From Octopus sinensis (Eukaryota), in NCBI RefSeq assembly GCF_006345805.1, contig NC_043002.1, forward strand, positions 103,726,001-103,790,000: a stretch of 64,000 nt of DNA, read 5' to 3'. Below, piece after piece: positions 51,731-64,000 of this stretch. Position numbers and translations under genes: made by a program. How positions within the stretch are numbered: position 1 is the first letter of the stretch; the number at the start of each line of letters is the position of its first letter. The notes under the pieces were generated by a model that was not told the DNA's origin, made no database searches, and saw only the letters and a program-made list of their open reading frames with translations.

Positions 51731-53431
51731 TTAAGAGAGAGAGAGAGAGAAGAGGAGAGGAGAGAGAGTGATGAGAGGAGAGAGGGGAGAGAGAGAGAGA
51801 GAGAGCAGGGGAGATACACTGGGTAAAGAAATATACAGAACGAGAGAGGGAAACGAAGGAGAGAGAGGTTCGTGAAAATGTAATTGGTAACTTTTGATTC
51901 AACAGGGAAGTACGATGTTTGACTTGACGGAGATAAAGTGCGTTGCACTACGAATGCTTAGAGAACACGATAGAACTGCATGTACGTGCGTACGTGTGTG
52001 TGCTTGTGTACGTGTGTGTGTGTGTCAGGGAGTGAATGTGAGCATCTTTTTGTGTGTGTATATATATATGTGTGTATAGTCAGACGCCATGATAGATCGT
52101 TAGCCACTACACATATTTTTTCTCTCCTTTTTTCTCTCCTTGTTTTTTTCTGTGTCCCTTTCTGTAGTAGAGCGTAGGCTCGAAACGTAAAAGACTTTTT
52201 CTTATCCTGAGCTATTATACTAATACATATGTTTGTTTTGTACACCACATGTCTTCGTCTTTTGTTTTTTTCGTAAACTTTCCCTATATATATACACATA
52301 GACACACACATACACACACACACTTGCACACACACAATCACACTTACATATATTCTGATTCTGCTGAGGTCAGATTTAATCAGGCATATATTTGGTAATT
52401 CACAGAAGTGAAAATAGACAATAAATAAAAGAAGACGAAAACGCGCCGAGCACGTATAAGAAAATTGATTCATACCAATGTTAATACATTCAACCGGTTT
52501 CACTTTTTTATGAATGTTCATAAGTTTGGAAGGACGTGGATCAGTGTAACAACTATATTGTTTCATGCCGTTGATCGAAGATGACTTCGAATTTTAAGAG
52601 AGAGTGTGACTCAGATCGCCATCTCTTGACGTACAAATTCATTGATTGAGAAGGTCACGCTATGAAGTAAAGTAACTGTTTTCGTTAATTTTCTTCTATG
52701 TCCATATTTTAAGGTCAAGTTATATAATAGCGTGAAGCTCAATTCCAGTAGTTATGTCACGTGGCTCTCAGAAGAATGTCTTTGAAGAGTGAAAGTTGCA
52801 CTTGAATTAGAGCTGTAAGGGACTGAGAAATATGCCGAGCAGCTCTATGATCAAATATTAATTAATTAACCACGGTGTAGCGACCATTTTACTGCTATAA
52901 AACACCTCTACTGAATAATTCAGACCACACACATACATGTATGTTTATATATATATATATAATATATATATATACAATACGAGGCTTCCAATTAGGGAAA
53001 CGTTGTGCTAGAACACAAAAAAGGATAAATTCATGAAAGGAATGAAAATTAAAAACATTTACCATCTCAACTAATATATATATAATATATATATATATAT
53101 AATATATATAATATATTATAATAATATATTTTATATATAATGAGGGTGAAAAAAGACAAACCTCTGCCGATGATTTATAGATGTTGTGTAAGTAAAATTG
53201 CATATACATTAATAATGAAACAAGTGTTCAGGGGTAATCAATTTTTTTTCGTTATATTTCACTTTCTTACGTTAAATGTATGTTATTTCTTCTGAAAACT
53301 CTTCTGTGGTATACAGAACGGAGCTATTTTAGCACTAGAGTAACCACATACTGGTCACTCCTTAATTTATATATTATATATATGTATATATACGTATATA
53401 TATGTATATATACATATATATGTGTATATAT

Positions 53432-53489
<58 letters not shown>

Positions 53490-53909
53490 CGGAAGCCCGC
53501 GTTCGCACAGGTACGCACCCCCAGCAGGCGCCAGAAAACAGACACACACACATACAAGCATCAAAGTCTCAAACAGGGACAACTGTGGCTTCCGTTAACG
53601 AATAAATGAAGTTAATGAAAAGCATGAAAATGGCAATGAAAGAGAATTGACGAATAAAAACCACAACAATTTAAACAAACGATCGATTACTTAAATGAAA
53701 ACATATCTAACCGATTGACTAATAATGAAAAAGTGAAATTTAATCATTGCGTGTGCCCGTAATGTTGACGTAATGACTTTCCCTAGACAATAAAAGATGT
53801 TTTAACACATAAATTCACACAAGGATTTTTGCAAACAAAATACAAACGCGCAACATATACATACATACATACATACATACATACATACATACATACATAC
53901 ATTACATAC

Positions 53910-53952
<43 letters not shown>

Positions 53953-55200
53953 AGAGTAAACACATAAATGTGAAACAAGGTGGAAAACAGAGTACTCAAA
54001 AAACCAGTGGTAGAGTATATGCTTTATTTAAAGCAGCAGAAAATTCTACAAAACCTGTTACATAGTATATGTATGGATGGAACATGCATACATACAACTT
54101 CCGATGAACGGCAATGTGAAACTCAGAATAACAGGTCTTGTAGGATTTTCTGCTGCTTTAAATAAAGATATATATATATATATATATATTATACATACAT
54201 ATAATGTGTGTATGTATGTATGCATGAATGGGATATAGTAAGAGTGATATTTTTTCATTTATCGCTTTCATCTCTATTTGAGAGATTCATCATAAATGTT
54301 TTATGTACATCCATATATATGTGCATTATATGTGTGTGTGTGTGTGTGTGTCTGTGTGTCTGTGTGTGTCTGTGTGTGTATGTGTGTGCGTGTGTGTGTA
54401 ATTATGAGTGTGGTGAAGACTGTGGAGGCTTGGTTGGAAAAAGCGAAAAGGTATTTTTGCAATGATGTTACGTTCTCATTAATCAATTAAAGGAGTAGTT
54501 AGAAATGGTCTCCTCAACCACCTCCACGTCTCCCTTTGACCGGGTAGAGGAGGTGGCATCCAGTGATAGTTCCAGGACCTTACTAGGGTCCTGGGAGCAG
54601 TTCTTTTTAATATGAACTGCAGGCACGAGTGAGACTTGGGGGTACGTCCCTCAATATCACCGGATTCCTGCAGCCAGCCATTTAAAACAAAATCTGGAAA
54701 AACCAGATCTGTTGCGACTGAAGGGGTCCACAGGGTCAAAACCACTCTTGACCCTTCCCAATCGACCGCCGGCGATACCCTTACATTTAAGAGCCTGGGC
54801 CCGCCATCCCCCAGTCCCCGTCGGATGATATCTTCAATCTAACTCGCCTCTCGCAGTACGACGAGAGGAACAGAATTTCGTTGCCCTCCAAGGGCTGGCT
54901 CGCGAAATTGCGAGTCTCCTCCGGAGTGTCAAACAGCAACCATACGGTTGAATGCTTGATACCGCGGGATATGTATTTCACAGATAACATATAGTCTTTC
55001 AGTTCTTTTTCTATAGTTAGTATTGGGAAGACGGAGACAGTATCAAGAACTTTAGATTAAGTTCTAACCACCACCGCCCTCTCCTCCATATCTTTTAACC
55101 ACTGCTTGGGTGGGATTATTTCCCACTCTAAGACAGGGTTCTTCTTTTTAATTTCCTTCTCTACGATGTAAAAAAAAACAGTTTTAAAGCAGTTCATAAA
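51731..55200 (+). repeat. Copy 2 of the 3.47-kb duplication
   Basis: Begins exactly at the gap; its first about 130 nt are an indel-rich version of 48164-48300. Confidence 0.9.
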
Positions 55201-55798
55201 AACAATCCACGAAAAACAATTAAAACTGAATAAAAATAGAAGAAAAACAAAAGAAGAGAGAAGGAAAAGAATCTGAAATTAAAATAATGAGAAAAAGAAT
55301 GAACCGAAATTTAGAAAGAAAGAAAAATGGTAGAAGGGGAAAAAAGAAAACCTCACAAATAGAACAGTCAGGGAATCCTTTTGTATAATACTCCTACAGG
55401 TATATCCAGTAGTCAATATTCTCGATAGTACTCCAGTTAGGTAAACCCCACAGTGTTCTACTGTTTCTAGCGAAATATGCCCACCAGAATGTACAAATTA
55501 TTTGGCGGAAAAAAACGCCACACAGAATTTTACTCCAAAGAAGTTCTCAAAAAATTCTCACTTCGCCGTTATGACGATGGGAACACAATACTTTTGCTCG
55601 CTAGAGTGAGCCATAATTCAAAGCCACCAAGGCAGACGAAATCGCCCCTGAGCCAGGCAGAAACCTACTGAAAAAGAAAACTCACAGTAAATTCCTACTC
55701 AGCTCGGAGGACGAAAAATTGACTAACCTTGACACTTTCTCTTGTTGCTCTTTTTCCTATTCACGGAGTCAAAGCTCGTGTCTTCTCTCTGTAAACAC
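54486..55798 (-). mobile_element. Tx1/L1-like LINE: 5' UTR and decayed ORF1 only (partial duplicate at 50915-51630)
   Basis: Minus frames IEKELKDY...KYISRGIKHSTVWLLF and PDFVL...IEGRTPKSHSCLQ..HIKKNC (degenerate CCHC knuckle); no ORF2. Confidence 0.5.
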
Positions 55799-56758
55799 CA
55801 GGCCAACTAGCGTTGCATGCTGAGTAAGCAAGCTACTTACCACACATCCACTCCTAATCTGTAGAATATTTAGCTTGCATTATTAATTCTAATTCGACTA
55901 TTAAGTTATTTTCTGATGTTCTTTATATTAAAAGTTAAGACTGTGCATATACCGATGTATATTGTGTGCATAAAACCTCTGAGTACAAACGCAGGGAAGT
56001 GAATATTCGCGAACAGAAATTTCATTAATTATTTATTGAAAGTCATCACTATAATGACTCTTACCTGTGAAGTGTTCTTAGAAAATTATCTATAACGCAT
56101 TATAGTTTCAATGTTATAGACAGATTCTAATTGTCTGCGAGGAAAAATAAAAAAAAAGAAGATAAACTTCAAAGGCTTAAGAAAAAAACAAACTTCAATT
56201 TGAAAAAACAAACAACTAGATAATACCGTGTTTTCTTACGACTTATAAATTAAAAGAAAGGCAATAACGCTTCGAGACAAAGTGATGTATAGTCCGTTGA
56301 ACCCCTCAACAAATTATAACTCGGAAAAGCGTCCATTCACAAGTTCGTGTGTCTTTTGAAATTCGCAAGGTAACATACATTTAATTTTCTCCGTGTGTAA
56401 CTAAGTCTATGCTGTTATTTAGGTTATCAGAGAAAAATCGATATTTTCCCATTGTTTCGTTTGGGATTTCTTCTCCCGTAATCTCATCGCAATTGAAACA
56501 TTCTTTCTCATTTTCACTAAGTCATCTTTGAACGTTTATCGTGTGTAACGAGCAATACTATTGAAACTCGAATGAACTCTGGACACCGTGGATATGAACA
56601 CTTTTGTCTTGGATGCCAAATGTTTGATGGTTTCCAAAATATAACTGATGTCATGATACCAGAAGCAAACATTAAAAAATGGCGTTCTAGTTTTTCCATT
56701 TCCACGTCAATATTCTGCAGGTTGAAATGAATTCGTACATTCAATATCATTTATTTAT

Positions 56759-56812
<54 letters not shown>

Positions 56813-56834
56813 TTACATACATACATACACGTAC

Positions 56835-56880
<46 letters not shown>

Positions 56881-56945
56881 ATATATATGTATATCCACAT
56901 ACACAAATATATATGTATACATATATATATATATATATATATACA

Positions 56946-57136
56946 CCAGAGTAAGTATATTAATGCGGAGCATGGTGGAAAAATAGTACTCGAATACCAT
57001 AGGTAGATTAATATGCTTTATTAAAAAGCAGGAAAACTATCGCAAAATCTGTTACTCACAGTTTCTCGTTCCGTTCACGGGAACATGAAACTCTGAGTGA
57101 CACATTTTGTGATATTTTTGCTGCTTCATAATAAAG
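56946..57136. mobile_element. Fold-back PLE-tail-like relic, diverged relative of 5917 and 50377
   Basis: ccagagtaag...ggtggaaaaatagtactc start; hairpin tttattaaaaagcag...gttccg ttca cgggaac...ctgcttcataataaag. Confidence 0.55.
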
Positions 57137-57137
57137 T

Positions 57138-57179
<42 letters not shown>

Positions 57180-58132
57180 CATTCAGACATCTTAATTACA
57201 TGCATTTAACGCTTATGCATATAATTTCAATGTCATTTTCTCCCTCTCTTTCTCTCTCTCACTCACTCTGTCTATTTCACCCTCTCTTCTGCTCTCTCTT
57301 TCTCTCCTTCACTCTATATGCATATACATACGTATATTCATATATATATATATATATATATTTAGTATATATATATATATATTATATTGTATATATATAT
57401 ATATTATGTATGTATGTATATATATATATATGTAATAATGTATAAATGTATGCATGTACGTATGAATCTACGTGTGTGTATGTATTTTGTACATGTGTGT
57501 GTTTGTGTGTTTGTATGTTTTTAAAATACACGTACTGGTATATATATACATACAAATATAATTATATACATACCTACTTACGTTCATCTCGCAGTTCTAT
57601 ATCAACTCCATTTGTTTTTTATATATATTTTATAAATTATATTTTATATGTTTCTAATTTTTAAGTCGCTCTATATTTTTCCCTTTTTCTTTTGTAAATT
57701 CACAACTATTCAACTGCGAGAATGAATTGTAAAACGAAGTATATGAATGAGACACAAAAAACAATGTGAACCAGATTGAATCTATTGTGAAAATGTAATG
57801 TTATTATGAATAGCATATTAGAAATTCGTGCTGAAATTAAATTACTAGATGCTTATAGAAAACTAAAAGGATGCGTATGGAATATCAAATAGTGCGCGAG
57901 AGAGCGCAATGTGGGAATGAGACAAAGCATAATTGTCTGCAATTGAATAGAGAATATATATTTTAAGGCAAAGAATCTGATTGCACATCTTCGGCAAAAG
58001 AGAACATTCCAAACGGATTGTTAGAGAATGGAAAATGAATAACCGCAATGGGAAAAATAATAAATACGTACATATACATACAAGTAGAACCGTATCGTTA
58101 CACATCTCTACATATACGACTACATCTATATA

Positions 58133-58205
<73 letters not shown>

Positions 58206-58206
58206 C

Positions 58207-58252
<46 letters not shown>

Positions 58253-58426
58253 ATATATATATATATACATACATATATACATACATACGTACATATATAT
58301 ATATATATATATGCATATATATAAAATCAGGTATGTGTGTGTATATATATTGATATATATATTCGTATATGTGTATATATATATACATTTATAAAAGTAT
58401 GTATGTACGTATGTATATACGTGTAC

Positions 58427-58466
<40 letters not shown>

Positions 58467-58622
58467 ATACTATATATACTTGTATATATATACATACTTA
58501 TATATATTAATATATGTATATATATATTATATACATATATATACTATATATATAAATATACATACTTATATATATATGTATATATATAGATATAGCTAGA
58601 TATATATATATGTACATATATG

Positions 58623-58657
<35 letters not shown>

Positions 58658-59175
58658 ATATATATATATATATGTATATACATATATATATATATATATG
58701 TATATATATATGAATACATATGAGCATAACTATATTAATATGAAGATGATGGAGATGATAAAGAATATATTGCGGCTTTATTTCCATACGAAGCTTGGTT
58801 TTCTTTTCAAGTGTCTCCGTCACTTTTTTTCTTCTTTATTTGTACTTTTACATAATTATAGCCTCGTTGTAAACCTGAATCATTCACTTATATTGAGCAC
58901 CACACGGCTAATCGCTTGCTTTGCACAAAAGAAATATTTGACATGATTGCCAGATATTTCTTGCTATATTTATGCACACACAGAAACACTCAAACACCCA
59001 CGACCAACCCAACATACACCCACATACAAACACACACATATAATTATATATATATACAATATATATATATATATATGTATATGCATATATATATATGGTA
59101 TATATATACGCATACCTATACATACATATATATATATAAGCATATCTATTTATATTTATATACGCTTATGTAAAG

Positions 59176-59210
<35 letters not shown>

Positions 59211-59236
59211 TATATATATTATACTATATATATATA

Positions 59237-59296
<60 letters not shown>

Positions 59297-59529
59297 CATA
59301 CATGGATGCACAAATTTTTATCTTATATATGTATGTTTATATGTATGAATGTTTATGGATGGATTTATAACTTGTAATGTTTATAAAACCAATGCAAACA
59401 TAAATTACACAGCGTGAAAAAATTACGTTATTGCAGAGTGGGCTGATACGTTTTAATTGGGTATAAAAAAAGGGACAGAGCTTCGTGTTTCGCCCCTCTG
59501 TTTGTTGCTAGGATTCAAAAGACTTTGTA

Positions 59530-59750
59530 GGCGGGGAGCTGGCAGAATCCTTAGCACGCCGTGCGAAGTGCTTATCGGTATTTCGTCTGTCTTTACATTC
59601 TGAGTTCAAATTCCGCCCAGGGCGCTTTGCTTTTCATCCTTTCGGGGTCGATAAATTAGGTACCAGTTGCGTACTGGGGATCTATCTAATCGAGTGGCCC
59701 CTTCCCCCAAACTTTCGGGCCTTGTGCCTGGACTAGAAAAGAAAAGTATT
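59530..59750 (+). mobile_element. tRNA-derived SINE, family A
   Basis: ggcggggagctggcagaa head; gagttcaaattcc; catcctttcggggtcgataa. Confidence 0.8.
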
Positions 59751-60913
59751 CAAAACCCTTTGGACTGTCTGTTGTACTTTTAAAATTGTGAAAAAATCCT
59801 AAAGTCTCCTTTCTAGGCACCTAAATTTATTCCACATGCAAATTTACACTATATGAAGGAATGTGAAGTAATATGAAATACCTTGTTTTGGTACATGGTA
59901 AACCTAGTACGTACTAAATCTTATAATACATATATACCATCGTACATATATGTATATATGTGGTCGTGTGTGTGTGTGTGTGTTTGTGACTGTGATTGTG
60001 GTGGGTGTTTGTGTTTGGGCGCGTTTGTCTGGTTGTGTGTATGAGAATATGTGTGTGATTTTGTGTGTGTGTCTTTCTGTGTTTCCTGGAAAGTGCGGAG
60101 AAAGCGAACGGCGGGAGAATGAATTCCTAGAAAGGTCCGAGGAGGAGAGAACTAATTCCTGAAACATTCTCAAGTGAGGAAGAAAATACTACCTGGAACG
60201 TTCCGAAGAGGGAGAGACTGCATTGTAATGACTGAAAGAATTAAAGAATCTAGTTTACATTTCTTGCTAAGATGAATGGATTTATGAGAAGGTTGTTCGT
60301 GGATATTACGAGGGTATGCACATAGGCCGACAAAGTTTCGAATAACATTCGAAATTTGTTTACACATCATTTTCTTTGTATTCTCATATATGTAATTATA
60401 TAAGTGTGAATCTTTGTACTTGTGTGTGTGTGTGTGTGTGTCTGTCTGTCTGTGTGTGTGTGTGTGTATGTGTGTGTGTATACATGTGGGTAAGGATTAG
60501 TAGCTCTTAACGAGACTTGAACTTGAATGTCTAACCGCTTTCAATTTTCTGCTAATTAGCTATTTTCCATCGACCTATATACGGTGTTTCTATATATGGA
60601 TGTATATAACGTTCTATATAATGTATATTATATTGCCTTATATAGGCAGATTTTCTGATAAATACAACGAGAGATTCTACCTGAGCATCTCCAGTCTCTA
60701 CAAATGTTGCAAGTTGAAACATTCCTATGGTTCTCTTCTGAAAATACTATCTTGACTGGAAAATAGTTGACAGCTTGTGGGCTCAATATCGGCTAATTTA
60801 GCAGAACAAGCAAAACGAAAGCAACAACACCAGCAGGAATATATACATTAGCAAAAACATTCAAACATATGATTCCCAAATGTGTTAGAACATACGTTTA
60901 TGTAGGAATGTAG

Positions 60914-61160
60914 AGGCGCAATGGCTCAATGGCTAGAGCAGCAGACTCGCGGTTCTAGGATCGCGGCTTCGATTCCCACACCGGGCGTTCTGAGTGTTTA
61001 TTGTGCGAAAAAAACCTAAAAGTCTACAAGGCTCCGGCAGGGGGTGTTGGCGTTCTCTCACTCTTTCTTCCTGTTTCTCTTGCAATTTTATTTCAAATAC
61101 AGTCTGTGCTGTTGCTCGGATCAACTTGAACCCTTTTCATCGTAACCGACGGAGCGCCAC
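60914..61160 (+). mobile_element. tRNA-derived SINE, family C
   Basis: tggctcaatgg A-box, gcttcgattcc B-box-like motif, 3' catcgtaaccgacggag. Confidence 0.75.
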
Positions 61161-61936
61161 GAGGTAGAACTGTATACTCACCGAAATATGCCCTCGTAAC
61201 ATTAAACAACACTCCGATATCTAAATTGAATCTATAGAAACCAGTAGAGTTGTGTCATCAGGAAATATTAAGTTACCATCGTTAATTTATCTTAGTTTAT
61301 ATGTCGAGGTGAGTTAAGATTACCGACGTTTCGATTCAAGCCCTTTATCGGAAAGCGATATATTTTCATATTTATCATGACATTACCAGGGAAAACGTAG
61401 ATTTAAAGAATGTGAGTAGACGAGAAAATAAGCATTCTGAGTAAATTTGTTTAGTATTTTTATATTTATTTTCCCTAACTTCTATCACCGCATCAGTTTC
61501 AATAGTGAATCTGAAACACAATTACACAATAATGCTGCATTGTTTAAAGATGGCTTCGTGTCAGCCATTGGCGCTTCTGTTACTGTAGGAGGAAAAATTT
61601 AATAGATTTCTACATTTTGTGGTTTCGTTGACGTTTTAATAACTGCTTCGCAGCCTCATTAAATTCCCAATGATATTGTCTATTTCTCGAGACTTTTCCA
61701 TAAATATTATTTGTTGATCGATCTAGCTATGAAGAAATGGCCTACAACATAAAGACTCACGCTAAACCACACAAACAAACACACATTTGTGTGTATTAGT
61801 ATATATATATTTATACATAAATGCATATATATTTTCAGACACACACATATATATGTATGTGTATGTATGCATATACAGATATCTATATATAAATGTATAC
61901 AATTATGTGTATATGTGGGTATATGTATGTGTATAT

Positions 61937-61985
<49 letters not shown>

Positions 61986-64000
61986 TTGTGTATATATATA
62001 TATATGTATATCGTTATCAATACACACACACATATAAATATATATATATATATACACACACATATGTGTGTGCGTGTTTGTGTTTATGTGTGTGTATGTG
62101 TTTGTATGTATGTATATCACACAAGTTACTCTAAATTTATTTAGATACAAATAAATTATGTACTTACCGAAAATCCTAATGAGAAAATTAATTTCTATCA
62201 ACAACAGTTCCCAGTGCCCGAGTTTGGTTCTACAAATCTTGATGCGGACGTCTTCTACACACACCTCCCGTAAAGACACCTTCCTAATCATTGTTCTTTT
62301 CCGCCACGTGACAATCAGAATCTTCTGTTTAGACAGAAATCGATATATTAAATGACTTAACGTCCTAATACTTAAAGTTATAATTAAAAGTATCAGAACA
62401 AATATCGACAACCTTCTCTTTAATCAATTCTTTGCTCTTCGCCATGCCATTTGGGGACGCCAATTGCTACGCCAGATCCCCATATGTCTTTCACTGGAGT
62501 TTCTGTGGCTACGGTATTTGAATAGTTGCACGGTTTACCAACCAACGTGCAGCGTGATTTTTACATAAAAATAATGTATTTTATGCATTTAACATACTTT
62601 TTATATTGACCTATCTAACATGCTTATCCTTCAATTTACTTCTCTACTCAGCTCAAGCTTAACCCCCTTGAGCACTAGTAAGGGTATTCTATAGCAACAA
62701 TATCTCATTTTCATCTATGACCTATACGTTTATGTGTTCACACATACACGTGCGTATTTATGTGAATTTTGTGTGTGTCTGCACACGTGTGTGTGTGTCT
62801 GTTTGTACCTGTGTGAGTGTGTGAGAGTCGTGTCCGTGCGTCTCTGCGTGTCATGTTATTGCGTGTGCAGCAGCCCAGTAAAACACACCCAACAAATATT
62901 TAAAATCAAACGGTAACTTTGCCAGATAATAAACTACGTACTGACTGAACTATCATCTCGTACCAATGCGAAACGAGTTTCTCTCGTGGTTCTGTAGATT
63001 TCGGGCAATAAGTGTGAATTCTATTAGCGACGCAGCGGCTGTATCTTTAATGGAAATTAAACTGTTTTTGTTCTACACTGTTTGTCATTTCGCATTCAAG
63101 AATTGCTGATTACCTGATTACATTTACAGGGTGAATGATTCCACTATTTTCTCTTATCCTGTTGACCGAATTGTCTAGTAAATAGTACAGAGTAAATGTG
63201 ACAGGAGGCGAAACCCTCTCTATATAAAACACTGTTCAATTTATGGCGAGAATATATTTCTTTTGGCAATCCAGGATTACAAAAAAGATTAAGATTTGAG
63301 ACGACATTCTAAAAGAGAGTGTTTTGTGAAGTCACAGAACTACATCTATTGATCTGTAGATGAAGGAAACACTGAAGTAAAGAAAATAAAAGAATCAACG
63401 AATATATTTTATATGGCCACTAATACAGTTTATAGGAAACTGGCGACACAATTCTACGTTGCTGTATGTTTATGTTTGAAAGTAGGAGCATTCTTGCAAA
63501 GACATGTGTCACACAGCGTTTTATTATTTTTCATTTATTTACACTTGGAGCAGCATTTAGTTCGGCATGTCATGTGTGATAACCTGTTTGTTTATGGCAG
63601 CGTGTATATATCTATAAGCATTGCTGTATAGAGATATGTGTGCGTGTATAAACAACACATACATCCGTGTAAAGATAATATTAATATATATTTATATATA
63701 CGTATATGTATACGCGTATGCTTATTTACTTGTTTGGACGAATGTATTTAAAGGGAAATGAGGAAGTGTAACTCCGTCACTCTCAGAGAGGATTCATTCC
63801 GTTTCTTTAATCAATTCAAGCACAAACTCGCTGAACTTTACGACAAGTGGTAGAATGTTTTTCACTCGCATTTATTACAATAGTAAAGCTTGATAAAAAC
63901 ATGAAACGTGGGCCTCCACTTTTCTTCAGAGGCCTTACTTGAACTGAATTTATGGAAAAGGACAATTTCCTGACTATCTATGATCACATTTGTAAAAATA

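Overview
Eukaryotic, very repeat-rich and gene-poor DNA, most likely an octopus (inference from tRNA-headed SINEs resembling the octopus OR/OK families as I recall them, dense (TA)n/(CA)n/(GA)n arrays, and an 18S fragment with a GC-rich V2 expansion). Almost all ORFs in the supplied track are microsatellite read-throughs. Supportable content: about 12 SINE copies; decayed Tc1, mariner (x2) and maT/DD37D-like transposases; CR1, RTE, Tx1/L1 and REL-endonuclease LINE fragments; a Penelope-like element (PLE) with inverted pseudo-LTR, a degenerate hammerhead motif and a tRNA-like head; several PLE-like fold-back relics in (TA)n; a chain of phase-compatible minus-strand exons at about 2.0-3.9 kb; and a 3.47-kb 'tandem duplication' across a 100-N gap that is probably an assembly artefact. 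The most striking feature is a 913-bp near-perfect palindrome (15337-16249) whose core is an 18S rRNA fragment folded back on itself and capped by PLE-tail-like arms. It is one of several fold-back structures at scales from 40 bp to 4 kb. No database searches were run, so family names rest on motif recognition. No intact hammerhead core was found.
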